Part shown: positions 26,420 to 37,783 of the stretch, in pieces
Position numbering within the stretch: the stretch's first letter is position 1
Layout: each line of letters begins with the position of its first letter
Source of the DNA: an uncultured virus (IMG/VR IMGVR_UViG_3300027741_000051)
Taxonomy: Duplodnaviria; Heunggongvirae; Uroviricota; Caudoviricetes
Direction: 5' to 3' (one strand)
Virus record (IMG/VR): IMGVR_UViG_3300027741_000051
Span: 1 to 64,000 of that record
DNA length: 64,000 bases
Notes under the pieces: model-generated
Database searches by the model: none
Told to the model about the DNA's origin: nothing
The model's input: only the letters and a program-made list of their open reading frames with translations
Translations under genes and position numbers: made by a program

Positions 26420-27307
26420 ATGGCCATTCAAGCTGAACTCTCATTGGATTATGTTAATTATAAACCAGCAACTGGACCAACACTGGAGATGAATCCTAAT
26501 CCAAATGCATCAAATGGCCTTTATGTATCAGATTATGGAAGACCTGCACAATGGTCATGGGGTGGTTCGTTTTCAACCAAAGGTGTTCAAACTTCCCCCG
26601 GTATTGCTAGAGGTGCATTGATTAACACCGGTGTTTATATTACTAACAGTCAAGTTGCACACGTTTGTGATTTTAAATTTAGATTAAATGCAAATTTATC
26701 TTTGACTGCTTTAGTTCCAAATGTGGGAATATTATTGGGTGCAATTAAAAATGGTAAAAATGCTGCGTCTGCTGCAATTCGCACAGCAATAACAAGATTA
26801 AATCAATTATTCAGAACTGCAATCAATGCAATTTTAGCCGGACTTAATGCTGATGTGACTGGAACTTTTTCAATAAATTTCGCTTATTTTAAAGATAAAG
26901 TGAGACAAATTAATCAATATTTAAAAATTGCAGCTCAAGTTGTAGCCGATGTTGCCATGGTTTATTATATATTACAACAATTAAATGAAATTACAGCTTG
27001 GATAAACTCATTACCTGACCAAGTGAAAAAAATATTAGAAGATTGCGTATTAAATTTTAAATCAGGAATAGCTTCTGTTGGTGCGGCGTTTGCCAATGGT
27101 TTGGCCGGAACAGAAGCTAGTCTCACAGCAGCTTACTTGAATGAAAATGAAGCACCACAACCAACAACTATAACAACATATGTAACTGATCCACTAAATG
27201 CAAATATAGACAATCTTAGTGCATCAATTAATGCTGGAATAGAATCTGGTAAAGAGGCCGCAGGTAAATGGTTCTCAGGTGATTCAGTTACTAAAGGTAA
27301 ACCATAA
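26420..27307 (+). CDS. hypothetical helical baseplate-region protein
   Basis: 295 aa, AAGGA SD; sits between the two gp5 parts. Confidence 0.7.
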   Translation: MAIQAELSLDYVNYKPATGPTLEMNPNPNASNGLYVSDYGRPAQWSWGGSFSTKGVQTSPGIARGALINTGVYITNSQVAHVCDFKFRLNANLSLTALVPNVGILLGAIKNGKNAASAAIRTAITRLNQLFRTAINAILAGLNADVTGTFSINFAYFKDKVRQINQYLKIAAQVVADVAMVYYILQQLNEITAWINSLPDQVKKILEDCVLNFKSGIASVGAAFANGLAGTEASLTAAYLNENEAPQPTTITTYVTDPLNANIDNLSASINAGIESGKEAAGKWFSGDSVTKGKP

Positions 27308-27320
27308 TTGGAAGTTTATA

Positions 27321-28175
27321 ATGACAATTAAAAAACCAGATTATTTTAACGCATGGACAGAACCCGAATCAGCGGCAAATACAAGTATTAACCCGTTGAC
27401 AAAGGTGGCGGATTATCAACCAATTTATCCTTTTAATAATGCAACACAAACTCCTAGTGGCCATGCATTTGAAATGGATGACACTCCAACAAGGGAGAGA
27501 GTTAGGTTGCAACACCGTACAGGTACATTTATTGAAATGCATCCTAATGGTGATGAGGTGCATAAGGTCTATGGTGATGGATATGAAATAACAATCAAAG
27601 ATAAAAACATACTCATTAATGGAAACATGAACATTACCGTTTTAGGTGATGCGAACATTTATACGCAAGGCAATGTTAATGAACAAATTGATGGTAATTA
27701 TGAATTACATGTTAAAGGTAATTATACTACAGTAGTGGAAGGTTTGACCAGTTTTGTTTCACAAGGCGATATGGATATTAAAGCTGGTGGCGCACTAGGT
27801 GGTGGTATAAATCTTGTTCCAGGTGAATATGTGAATGTTCTTGGAGATATAAGGTCTGAGGGTTCAATAACAGGCAACTATATTTTTTCTTCAGGTCGAG
27901 TGGATTGTATATCTGGTATGTCCGCTTCATTTGGTGGTTTTGCAACACCTGGAGGTGGTATTTCCGTTGGAACAGGTGTGCCATTTCCTGGCCAAATTTC
28001 TAGTTTGGGTCCAATCAATTCTTTAGTTTCAATGTCTGCGCCATTATCATCATCTGCAATATCAACTTCTTTCTTTGCGAAAGATATTATCAATGGAATT
28101 TTACGAAATTTACAATCTCATATTGCACCGAATGGACCAACAAGTCCACCAACAAGACCAGAAATTACAGCTTAA
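27321..28175 (+). CDS. 5: gp5 C-terminal beta-helix spike
   Basis: YPFN...SGH.FEMDDTP..ER....HRTGTF.E.HPNG; VxG repeats. Confidence 0.85.
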   Translation: MTIKKPDYFNAWTEPESAANTSINPLTKVADYQPIYPFNNATQTPSGHAFEMDDTPTRERVRLQHRTGTFIEMHPNGDEVHKVYGDGYEITIKDKNILINGNMNITVLGDANIYTQGNVNEQIDGNYELHVKGNYTTVVEGLTSFVSQGDMDIKAGGALGGGINLVPGEYVNVLGDIRSEGSITGNYIFSSGRVDCISGMSASFGGFATPGGGISVGTGVPFPGQISSLGPINSLVSMSAPLSSSAISTSFFAKDIINGILRNLQSHIAPNGPTSPPTRPEITA

Positions 28176-28184
28176 GGATATATT

Positions 28185-29027
28185 ATGAGTATTTATGGAA
28201 GATTAGGGTTCAATTCAACAGACCCAACAACCAACGCGACAGTTACAACCGACAGTAGTGCCGTTGCAAACAATTTGGCATTTATGCCACAATTATTGAA
28301 TGCATGGCAAACCGAAGACATTTCCACATCCAATACTGGTGGTTATTTTGTCAATCCTGTGGCACCATTAACTATAACGATAACATCTGCACTCAATTCA
28401 ATAAATGCTGCAACATTGGCTATCAATGTTCAATCCACTATATCTTCTACAGTCACACAAGCTTTGCGTGATTTAGGCAATACAGCCGTTGGTGCAGTAG
28501 GTACAGTAAACAATTACTTGTATGTTACTAATAGACAATCCAATGTTGTTGATCCGGGAAGTGATGTGACTACAGTTCATTACAGAATGGCAATAGGATA
28601 TGGTAAAATATTGTCCTATATCACATATCAATCTGATGGCGTGCAAAATAATTCACCTATTATGGGTAATTTTACTAGTATAACTTTAGGTAATACATTA
28701 AGTACACTTAGTAACACATTGTCCTCACAACAAATTACACTTTCAAATAGTATTACGATGGGTACACCAAATACTTCTAATTTAACTTTGGCGCAAACAC
28801 AAGCAATAAGTAGCACTATAGGATCCATCACTTCTTTGATGACAACTTATACTACACAAGATAATGCATTCTTTACAAATTCAGCGGCTGTTATAGCTGA
28901 TTATTCTGTAGTTGCTCCATTAAGTGAATTGGGTGCAACTGAAACTCTATTAGTAAACACTTATATTGGAACAAACAAGTTGAAAACTAGATTACTCTCT
29001 CAGACACAAACCGCAAATGTCTCTTAA
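28185..29027 (+). CDS. hypothetical structural protein (Thr/Ser-rich)
   Basis: 280 aa ORF with AAGGA SD. Confidence 0.7.
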   Translation: MSIYGRLGFNSTDPTTNATVTTDSSAVANNLAFMPQLLNAWQTEDISTSNTGGYFVNPVAPLTITITSALNSINAATLAINVQSTISSTVTQALRDLGNTAVGAVGTVNNYLYVTNRQSNVVDPGSDVTTVHYRMAIGYGKILSYITYQSDGVQNNSPIMGNFTSITLGNTLSTLSNTLSSQQITLSNSITMGTPNTSNLTLAQTQAISSTIGSITSLMTTYTTQDNAFFTNSAAVIADYSVVAPLSELGATETLLVNTYIGTNKLKTRLLSQTQTANVS

Positions 29028-29034
29028 TAAGAGT

Positions 29035-29042
29035 AATAAATA
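29035..29042 (+). promoter_or_regulatory. late promoter (NATAAATA)
   Basis: AATAAATA just upstream of gp25. Confidence 0.6.
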
Positions 29043-29046
29043 GAAG

Positions 29047-29439
29047 ATGGCAACATTAAAAAAAATATACTCAGACATAGACCTCACATTCAAGCGTGTG
29101 CCAGGTACAAATGATATTGCTCTCCGTTATGATGAGAATGCCGTAATAGCCTCGGTTAGAAATCTTTTGTTGACTAATTTTTATGAGAGGCCTTTTCAGC
29201 CTGATGTTGGTTCCAATTTAAATCGATTACTATTTGAACCAGCGACAGAAGTTACCGCCTCAATTTTAGATACAGAAATAAGAAATACTATTAAAAATTA
29301 TGAGCCAAGGGTTGCTATTGATGAGTTGGAAATTACACTTAATGAAGATGGAAATTCATTTTTAGTTTATTTAAGTTTTTATGTTGGAAATAACTCAGTA
29401 CCAACAGCAGTTAACCTAATTCTTCAAAGGTCCAGATAA
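29047..29439 (+). CDS. 25: baseplate wedge gp25
   Basis: YSDIDL.F, SVRNLLLT..YERPF.P, YEPRV. Confidence 0.93.
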   Translation: MATLKKIYSDIDLTFKRVPGTNDIALRYDENAVIASVRNLLLTNFYERPFQPDVGSNLNRLLFEPATEVTASILDTEIRNTIKNYEPRVAIDELEITLNEDGNSFLVYLSFYVGNNSVPTAVNLILQRSR

Positions 29440-31514
29440 TGGCATCAAATACAAACATACAAGTAGCTAATCTAGATTTCTCGGATATCAAGAGAAATTT
29501 CATTACCTATTTGCAATCTCAAGACACATTTAAAGATTACAACTTTACAGGTTCAGCTCTTTCTACACTATTGGATGTTCTTGCATACAACACACAATAT
29601 AATGCTTTCTATCTAAACATGGTTGCAAATGAAATGTTTTTAGATTCGGCATTGCAGCGTTCTTCGGTTGTTTCTCATGCAAAATTAATGAATTATGTTC
29701 CAAAATCGGCAGTTGGACCTATTGCAGAAATTAATCTTGTTTTTAGTGGAGTGACAACTACAAGTCTCACAATCCCAAAATATACAAAGTTTCTTTCAGA
29801 ACCTGTTAATGGAACAAATTTTAATTATGTTACAACAACAGCTACAACAGCAAGTGTGGTTAACAATTTTGCAAAATTTCCAATGATTGAATTGAAACAA
29901 GGAAGCCTTTCATCATACAGTTTTATCGTAAACTCTACAAACAATCCAAATTACATATATGAAATTCCAGATACCAATATTGATTTATCTACAATAGAAG
30001 TATTGGTTCAAGAGTCTAGTACAAATACCTACTATGATGTTTATAATAGTGAAACAAGTTATTTGGAATTAAATCCAACAAGTAAGGTATATTTTGTTCA
30101 AGAAGCAGTAAATGGAAATTATCAAATTTATTTTGGTGACGGCGTTTTAGGTAAACAATTGTCTGATGGAAATATCGTAAGAGTTAATTATCTAACAACA
30201 TTGGGAACTGCTGGTGGATTAGCCAATAACTTTGTGTTAATGGACAATATTGGTTCTTATGCCACTATAACTGTTAATCCAATAATGGCTGCAACTCAAG
30301 GCATAGAAAAAGAGGCGATTGCTTCTATTAAATTCCAAGCACCAAAAGCTTTTGCAGCACAAGGCCGTGCAGTAAGTAAGAATGATTATATCACAGCAGT
30401 TCAACAAAACTCTTTAGGCATTTCTTTCGATGCAGTTTCTGTTTGGGGTGGCGAAGAAAATATTCCGCCAGTTTATGGTCAAGTGTTTATCTCATTAAAA
30501 CCAAAAGGTGCCTACGATTTAACAACGACACAAAAAGAATTGATTAAAACTCAGGTTCTTAAACCAATTAGTATGATGACGGTTGAACCTACGATTATTG
30601 ATCCAGATTATACCTATATTCAAGTTTCTGCAAATGTACTTTATAACACGGCTCAGACTACTTTGACTCCTGGAACAATGCAAACAGGAATACAAAATGC
30701 TATTTACAATTATGCGGCAAATAATCTAAACACTTTTAATTCCACATTCAGTTCATATGATGTTTTAACCACAATAAACTCATACAATAAATCTGTAGTT
30801 TCTTCTGATTTTACTATAAATGTCCAAAAGAAATTTTATCCTACATTAGGTACTTCAACGACATATAATCTCTATTATAATAGCAAATTAAAACGCGGGT
30901 TATATGGTTCTTCTTTAGTTAGTTATCCAAGTGTAACTATTACAAATCCAAGCAATACTGCAACAACATTGAGTGGTGTTTATTTTGAAGAAGTTCCCAC
31001 ATCTACCGTTGGTATAGATTCAATTTCAGTATTAAATCCAGGTTATAATTATACTGATACACCAACTGTGGTAATTACAGGTGATGGAACAGGCGCAACA
31101 GCTACTGCCAAAATTGTTAACAACAAGTTGTATTCAGTCACCGTAACAAATGCAGGCGTTGGATACACTTCCGCACTAGCTACAATTATTGCTGCTGTTG
31201 GAGACACTACAGGTACAGGCGCATCTGTAGTGGCACAGTTACAAGGTCAATATGGAACAATAAGAAGTTACATTAACGATACAGTTAAAGGTAAAGTTGT
31301 TGTTTCTGCTAATGTAGGCACAATCGATTACACAAATGGTATTGTTATATTAAGTAATTTTAATCCTGTATCAGTCGATAATGATTTGGGCCAATTAACC
31401 ATATCATGTCAACCAACAACGACAATCATATCTTCTTCGTTGAATAGAATAATTACAATTGATCCATATGACTCAGCTGCGGTGAGTGTTTCTGTTACAG
31501 CTAAGAAAAGTTAA
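29439..31514 (+). CDS. 6: baseplate wedge gp6
   Basis: LDFSDIK, LLDVLAYNT.YN, RSSVVSHAK, FGDGV.G, RAVS..DY, WGGEEN.PP.YG. Confidence 0.95.
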   Translation: MASNTNIQVANLDFSDIKRNFITYLQSQDTFKDYNFTGSALSTLLDVLAYNTQYNAFYLNMVANEMFLDSALQRSSVVSHAKLMNYVPKSAVGPIAEINLVFSGVTTTSLTIPKYTKFLSEPVNGTNFNYVTTTATTASVVNNFAKFPMIELKQGSLSSYSFIVNSTNNPNYIYEIPDTNIDLSTIEVLVQESSTNTYYDVYNSETSYLELNPTSKVYFVQEAVNGNYQIYFGDGVLGKQLSDGNIVRVNYLTTLGTAGGLANNFVLMDNIGSYATITVNPIMAATQGIEKEAIASIKFQAPKAFAAQGRAVSKNDYITAVQQNSLGISFDAVSVWGGEENIPPVYGQVFISLKPKGAYDLTTTQKELIKTQVLKPISMMTVEPTIIDPDYTYIQVSANVLYNTAQTTLTPGTMQTGIQNAIYNYAANNLNTFNSTFSSYDVLTTINSYNKSVVSSDFTINVQKKFYPTLGTSTTYNLYYNSKLKRGLYGSSLVSYPSVTITNPSNTATTLSGVYFEEVPTSTVGIDSISVLNPGYNYTDTPTVVITGDGTGATATAKIVNNKLYSVTVTNAGVGYTSALATIIAAVGDTTGTGASVVAQLQGQYGTIRSYINDTVKGKVVVSANVGTIDYTNGIVILSNFNPVSVDNDLGQLTISCQPTTTIISSSLNRIITIDPYDSAAVSVSVTAKKS

Positions 31515-31518
31515 TTAA

Positions 31519-34500
31519 ATGTTACAAAGTACCAATAAAACATCGTTACTGGTTCCTTTTCAGCTTCCTAAATTCATTAGTGAGGACCCAAACTACGCCA
31601 ATTTTGTCTTATTCATACAGGCATACTATGAATGGTTAGAAGAACAAAATAATACATTAGATTTCTCTAAGAATCTTTTGAATTACATGGATGTAGACAC
31701 AACCACAGAGCAGTTCTTACAGTATTATGTAAATGATTTTATGTCTTATTTCCCACAAGAAATATTGGCAGATAAAAGAAAAGCAATCAAAATAGCAAAA
31801 CAACTGTATGAAAGTAAAGGTACGCCTGCTTCTTATAAGTTTTTGTTTAGAATACTCTACAATTCTGATGTAGAATTTTTTTATACTAAAGATGCTTTAC
31901 TAAAAGCTTCTGCTGGTAAGTGGTATGTTCCTAGAAGTTTGAAATTGGCGACCAGTGATAAAAACTTCCTGTCAATTCAAAACCTTAGAGTATTTGGCAA
32001 CATTTCAAAATCTATTGCAACAGTTGAAACTGCAATATTTGATGGTCTTAAAACAGAAGTATTCATTTCAAATGTTGAAAGATTATTCCAATCAGGTGAA
32101 ACAGTTACTGTTGTTGATTCAAATAATCAAACATTATATTTCCTCAATGGTGCAATAGTACCAGAAGGAACAGCTGGTTCAGAATCTCTGACAGCACTCA
32201 TTGTTGGCCAAATTAGTCAGGTTGTTATTGATCCAAACAATAGAGGTCTATCTTATAGTACAGGTGATCCAATTGTTTTTTATGGTGGGTTAAATTCAAA
32301 TGTGGCTGGACCAGTTGGTGCAACCGCATATGTTGGCCAAGTTACATCAGGTTCAATTCAGCGTATTGTTGTTTCGAATGAGGGATATGGTTATACCACA
32401 TCTACAGCAAACCTGCAAATTGGTGGTGCAAATACTTTTATACAATTTACAAATCTATCAGGTTCAAGTCCATCATCACCTATTGCAACAGTTGGTACTT
32501 TAAATCCTGCAGGAATTGCAAATGTAACTTTTATTCCAACCGATAGTATACAGTTAAAGAGATACCATTGCATTGGAAATATTGCAGGCAGTTCAGGCGC
32601 AAACACATATAATGTATCAACAGGACTTTGGACACAACAATCTTATCAGTTTGCAAATAATTTAAGTGCAAATGCAAATACAACTTTAGCAAATGCGTTT
32701 TCATTTACTGGTTTTACAACGTATCCAATTGCATCACTTATTGTACAAAATCAAGGCGGTGGTTTAAGTTCTCCACCATCCATACAAGCTATATCAGAAT
32801 ATACGACGGATGTCTATTCTCAAACAAATCTAGCTAACTTAGGTATTCTTTCACCAATTCAAATAGTTAAACCGGGTTCAGGTTATGCTAACAATGACCA
32901 AATTGCAATTATTGGTGGATCTGGTTATGGTGCTTTTGCTAATGTAACTGTCAATAGTTCTGGTTCAATTGTATCTGCGGACTATGTAAGTAACTTAACC
33001 AATATGATTTCTTTAGGTGGCATGGGTTACATGAATTCATTACCTGTTGCTGTTGTTAAACGTACAGCCAATGGTAATGTAACAATAAGAACAACAAGTT
33101 CAACAGTTACAGGTAACGGAACAAACTTTACTGCACAATTCAGTAATGGTGCTTTACTGGTAACAAATACAAATATTGTAATTGGTACGGTTCAATCTAT
33201 TGTCAATGCAACATCAATGATACTTACTGCAAATTCTAAAATTAATGGAAATGCAAATTCATATTATTTAGGAACGGCACAATTATCGATACCTGGAACT
33301 TTAGGTACAGGTGCAACTTTTTCACAAACATTAAATCGTGTAGGTGCAATTACATCATTCAATATCACAGAAAACGGTCAAGATTATATTAGCGCACCAA
33401 GAGTATCATTAAAAGTCCAAGACTTAATTGTTTCCAATGTTTCGACATTGAGTATACCAGTGAATGGTGATATAATTTATCAAGGTGCAAATGTAAATAC
33501 TGCCACATATATTGCTTCTGTGGACTCAATCAACGCATTACAAAATTATATTCCTGCAAATAACAGTATATACCAGTTGAGAGTATATAACTATAATGCA
33601 ATACCTAATAAAAATCTGCCATTGAAAATTGATGTTAGGAGTGCTGCTTATTCTCTTGTTTCTGGTTATACATCCATACATAATACCACATTTGATAATT
33701 CTGTAGAGAATACACGATTTGATTCTGCAAATGGTATAATTACATATGGTGATGGTTTTGCAAAAGCGAATGCAACTTTCTTGAATGGTTTGGTAATTGG
33801 AAATGGCCAATATTTGGACACTTCAGGTCAACCAAGCGCCTTTGATGTATTGCAAAGTGTGGATTATAATAACTACACCTATCAAATAACACTATCTAAA
33901 GAGATTGAAAAGTATCGTGATGTGTTATTGAATCTATTACATCCATCAGGCACAAGAGTTATTGGTCGAATTGCAATGCGTTCAAGCAACAATATGAACT
34001 TCATTGTCAATGATGCATTAGATACAGGCCACACACTAGGTTTCTATGCAGGAAATGCTGCAACAGTATCTATTTCGGCAGGTAATGCAACAACTCCAAG
34101 TAATAACATGGTTACTTTCAATAATTTGTATGGTGCAAATATTGCTAGTTTTCTTACTGCAAATACCACAGAAATCGTATTTGTTTATGGAACAGGAATC
34201 AATGATTCCGTTCATGGTTTAGTTTCTAAAATAAACTATGCAGCGAATACAGTAACACTACAAGACAATGTTTGGACATACTTTGCAAATGTGGCTGTAG
34301 GTACTTCTGCATCCAATGGTAATAACCAGATAATAAATATAACATCATTGACATATAGTTATAACATTGTCAACAATGGTACCTATAGTAATACGGCGTA
34401 TCCTATATTAGATATTATTCGTGTTGGTGATACGATTACAGTTAATGGAGTAGCTCAGACAGTAACATCTTTCAGTTCTCCGTATACTTCTGTTACTTTA

Positions 34501-34677
34501 AGTGGTCCATTGACAAGTGGTGCAAACGGATATATTTCTGTTGGTAGAAGTATTACTTCTCTATACAACAATGTTCAAATTATTGGACCAGTCGGAACAC
34601 AGTATCTTGCTCAACTAGGAACAGAAACCGGTGATATATTAACTTCAGAAACAGGCGCTTGGCTTCTAATAGGATAA
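31519..34677 (+). CDS. 7: baseplate wedge initiator gp7-like
   Basis: F..FI.AYYEWLE, SKGT..SY.FLFRILY, LQS..YN..TY, LLHPSGT. Confidence 0.85.
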   Translation: MLQSTNKTSLLVPFQLPKFISEDPNYANFVLFIQAYYEWLEEQNNTLDFSKNLLNYMDVDTTTEQFLQYYVNDFMSYFPQEILADKRKAIKIAKQLYESKGTPASYKFLFRILYNSDVEFFYTKDALLKASAGKWYVPRSLKLATSDKNFLSIQNLRVFGNISKSIATVETAIFDGLKTEVFISNVERLFQSGETVTVVDSNNQTLYFLNGAIVPEGTAGSESLTALIVGQISQVVIDPNNRGLSYSTGDPIVFYGGLNSNVAGPVGATAYVGQVTSGSIQRIVVSNEGYGYTTSTANLQIGGANTFIQFTNLSGSSPSSPIATVGTLNPAGIANVTFIPTDSIQLKRYHCIGNIAGSSGANTYNVSTGLWTQQSYQFANNLSANANTTLANAFSFTGFTTYPIASLIVQNQGGGLSSPPSIQAISEYTTDVYSQTNLANLGILSPIQIVKPGSGYANNDQIAIIGGSGYGAFANVTVNSSGSIVSADYVSNLTNMISLGGMGYMNSLPVAVVKRTANGNVTIRTTSSTVTGNGTNFTAQFSNGALLVTNTNIVIGTVQSIVNATSMILTANSKINGNANSYYLGTAQLSIPGTLGTGATFSQTLNRVGAITSFNITENGQDYISAPRVSLKVQDLIVSNVSTLSIPVNGDIIYQGANVNTATYIASVDSINALQNYIPANNSIYQLRVYNYNAIPNKNLPLKIDVRSAAYSLVSGYTSIHNTTFDNSVENTRFDSANGIITYGDGFAKANATFLNGLVIGNGQYLDTSGQPSAFDVLQSVDYNNYTYQITLSKEIEKYRDVLLNLLHPSGTRVIGRIAMRSSNNMNFIVNDALDTGHTLGFYAGNAATVSISAGNATTPSNNMVTFNNLYGANIASFLTANTTEIVFVYGTGINDSVHGLVSKINYAANTVTLQDNVWTYFANVAVGTSASNGNNQIINITSLTYSYNIVNNGTYSNTAYPILDIIRVGDTITVNGVAQTVTSFSSPYTSVTLSGPLTSGANGYISVGRSITSLYNNVQIIGPVGTQYLAQLGTETGDILTSETGAWLLIG

Positions 34678-34680
34678 AAA

Positions 34681-36339
34681 ATGTCAACAATTAAAATCTC
34701 AGAATTACCTAAATTTTCAACAATCAATGCAAACACAGCAAACACTTTGTTTGTTGGTATTGATATACCCTCTGCACAAACATTCCAGTTTTCTGCCGGA
34801 ACATTAGCAGCTGGTCTTTATGCGAATACTGCATTGGTTGTAGGTAACAATACCACCCTTTTACCTAATACGATTGCACAGTTTTCATTGGCCGGTGAAT
34901 CATATGTACAAACCAACTTTGTTAACCTGAATGGCGGCGGCACAGCTGACCATGTTATTACTGCAAACAATGGTACAGATTCTACATATTTCTTAGATTT
35001 AGGTTTGGCAAATCCTGCATATCAACCAGGTTCCGAATTCAATAACATCGGTACTGCTGTTGCTCCATTAGATGGTTATCTTTATGTTCAAGGCGGAAGT
35101 TCAGCAGGATTACTTGGTGGTAATTTGATTATTGGTACTACAACATCAAATACAGAAACTAGATTTATGGTTTCTGGTGGCACATCATCCAATGTTATTG
35201 CTAAGATGACTTCTACCGGTTTCAAGATGGTCAATGGAAATCAAATTTTCTTCTCAGATGGAACTTCTCAGAACACCGCAGCTGCTTCTAATGCATACTC
35301 ACAGTCTGCATTTGCTAAAGCAAATAATGCACTTGCAAATACAACAGGCACTTTTTCAGGTTCTTTAACTATTACAGGTGCAGTTGTTGCTAATACCGGT
35401 AATATTGGTAGTTTAGCACTTGCAAATAATACAATATATTCAGCATTAACAACTGTTGATATGATTATTGGCCAATCAATAGCAACTGCAAATTTGGTTA
35501 TCAATCGTACAACAAACATCACTAAAGATATTAATATAACAGGCAATCTAGTAACTAACGGAACACTAATAGATTTCAACAACACAACTTTTGATCCAAA
35601 TACCGCTTTTATACAGATAACTGGAGCTAATACGGCTTATCAAGCATCAAATACAAATTATATGTTGCAGATTACCGGTAAAGCAAACACAACAACACGC
35701 TTAGTATTAGATAGTTTTGGTCAAAATACCTATCCTGTTTTAATCGGCCGTATGGGTCGCGGTTCATCTGCGGCACCTGCAGCAACTTCAAACAATGACA
35801 TTATGATGAGAATTGTTGGAAATGGTTTCACAGGAACACAATTTCCTGGATCCAGTCCAACAAAAATTGACTTTGTTGCATCTGAAAATTTTACCGATTC
35901 TGCAAGAGGAACTCGTATTGAATTTTATAATACACCAGTTGGTTCAAATACAATTCAAAGAATCGCGTTATTTAATGCAGATTCTGTAACTTTTACAGGC
36001 CGTGTTGAACCGCAAAAAGGTTTTGTTTATACTCCAATAGTATATCCTGGTGCTCAAACCGCAATAACAATTGACCATGCAAATACTTCTGTTGTTAGGG
36101 CTCAAACGTCCACAGGTTTAGTTGTTACACTATCAAATTTACTGGCAGGTAAAGAAGTTGTTGCATGGATAACAAACACTGCTGGAACAAACCAAACATT
36201 AACTACAGGAGTATCAGCATTAAATTCAACCTTAAATGCAACAACATATAATATTCCAGGAACATCAACTGTATTTCTTAGATATATGTCAATAGATGGT
36301 ACCGTGCAAAATACTTTCTGTTCTGTCACCCACGCTTAA
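34681..36339 (+). CDS. fibre-like structural protein
   Basis: MSTIKISELP N-terminus; FSDGTSQNTA motif; beta-rich. Confidence 0.7.
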   Translation: MSTIKISELPKFSTINANTANTLFVGIDIPSAQTFQFSAGTLAAGLYANTALVVGNNTTLLPNTIAQFSLAGESYVQTNFVNLNGGGTADHVITANNGTDSTYFLDLGLANPAYQPGSEFNNIGTAVAPLDGYLYVQGGSSAGLLGGNLIIGTTTSNTETRFMVSGGTSSNVIAKMTSTGFKMVNGNQIFFSDGTSQNTAAASNAYSQSAFAKANNALANTTGTFSGSLTITGAVVANTGNIGSLALANNTIYSALTTVDMIIGQSIATANLVINRTTNITKDINITGNLVTNGTLIDFNNTTFDPNTAFIQITGANTAYQASNTNYMLQITGKANTTTRLVLDSFGQNTYPVLIGRMGRGSSAAPAATSNNDIMMRIVGNGFTGTQFPGSSPTKIDFVASENFTDSARGTRIEFYNTPVGSNTIQRIALFNADSVTFTGRVEPQKGFVYTPIVYPGAQTAITIDHANTSVVRAQTSTGLVVTLSNLLAGKEVVAWITNTAGTNQTLTTGVSALNSTLNATTYNIPGTSTVFLRYMSIDGTVQNTFCSVTHA

Positions 36340-36349
36340 TAAATAAATC

Positions 36350-37774
36350 ATGGCATCAAATCTAAACATACTCACAAATCAAGCAAAAGTAATCAGAGTT
36401 GAGACGGATTATTACAATCCGACAGTCAAACTCAATGGTGCTACCATTAATTCCATATATGCTTTTATTGGCCAAGAGGATTCATGGCCAATAGTGAATT
36501 CAAGTGAAACACCAACACAACCGACAGAAGACCAGACATATCTGAAAAGAGTGTTTAAAAATATGTTTGGAGCAAAACTAATTAACTCCAGTAACATTTC
36601 ACCTGTTATTCAAAGGATTAATTGGGCAAATAACACCAATTTCTTTGCATATTCCGATTCAGTAAACATGAATGCAAAAGATGCCAATGGATTTCCACTT
36701 TATAATTTTTATGTAAAGAACCGTTACGACCAAGTTTTCAAATGTCTTGCGAATAATAATGGCGGACTGTCAACTTCTGAGCCATATTTTCAACCAGGTT
36801 CATACGGAACAAATAATATCTATCAAGGTAATGACCTGTATAAATGGAAATACATGTATACAATTGATGCAGGTCTCAAGAAAAGTTTCTTGGATACTGA
36901 TTGGATGCCTATCCCTGTTGGTGCAAACACACCTCAACCATATCTGACTAACGCAGGTTGCGGAGACATTGAGGTAATAAATGTAACAAACGGAGGATCA
37001 GGATATGATGCAGTTAACACATATATTGTGGTTACCGTAACAGGTGATGGTACAGGAACCGTTGCAAATATAACAAGTTCACAGATAACCAATGGTGTAA
37101 TTAATGATATTGTTGTCAAAACAGGTTTTGCAGGAAACAATTATACATATGCAAATGTATCAATCAAGGCATACACCTCAGCGAATCTAAGTTATATTTC
37201 TTCATTAGGTTCTGGTGCAACAGCCGTAGCTCCTATTTCACCAGTCGGCGGCCATGCATACGATCCAATATCTGAGTTGGGTTGCAATCATGTAATGTAT
37301 TCAGTTGAATTCAATGGTTCTGAAAATGGTGTTTTGCCTACAACCGGTGTAAATTATCGCCAAGTTGGACTTCTTATTAATCCACAAGTATATGGTTCCT
37401 CTGGTCCAGCACTCGCAAATGGTGCAATATATAACACTTCAACCCAATTTCTAGTTTCAGCTGGTGCAGGAAATGTCTACACGGCCGATGAAATTGTACA
37501 ACAATTCGATAATAATGGAAATGTTATTTACTACGGAACAGTCTTAAATTTCAACACATCAACGAATATATTACAGTTGATAAATATAAATGGAACATAT
37601 ACAGTTGGCCAATCAATTATTGGTTTATCTTCAGGTGCATCGAGGGTGGTTTTCTCTGTAACTTCACCTTCACTCATTCCATTTTCAGGATATATAACAT
37701 ATATTGAGAATCGTGTTGGTGTTCAAAGAAGCGTTGATGGCATCGAGCAATTTAAATTTGTACTAGGATACTAA
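36350..37774 (+). CDS. 8: baseplate wedge gp8
   Basis: VFKCL.NN, YKWKYMYTI, SPVGGH..DP..ELG, YRQVGL..NP, YIENR. Confidence 0.92.
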   Translation: MASNLNILTNQAKVIRVETDYYNPTVKLNGATINSIYAFIGQEDSWPIVNSSETPTQPTEDQTYLKRVFKNMFGAKLINSSNISPVIQRINWANNTNFFAYSDSVNMNAKDANGFPLYNFYVKNRYDQVFKCLANNNGGLSTSEPYFQPGSYGTNNIYQGNDLYKWKYMYTIDAGLKKSFLDTDWMPIPVGANTPQPYLTNAGCGDIEVINVTNGGSGYDAVNTYIVVTVTGDGTGTVANITSSQITNGVINDIVVKTGFAGNNYTYANVSIKAYTSANLSYISSLGSGATAVAPISPVGGHAYDPISELGCNHVMYSVEFNGSENGVLPTTGVNYRQVGLLINPQVYGSSGPALANGAIYNTSTQFLVSAGAGNVYTADEIVQQFDNNGNVIYYGTVLNFNTSTNILQLININGTYTVGQSIIGLSSGASRVVFSVTSPSLIPFSGYITYIENRVGVQRSVDGIEQFKFVLGY

Positions 37775-37783
37775 AGGAAAAAA

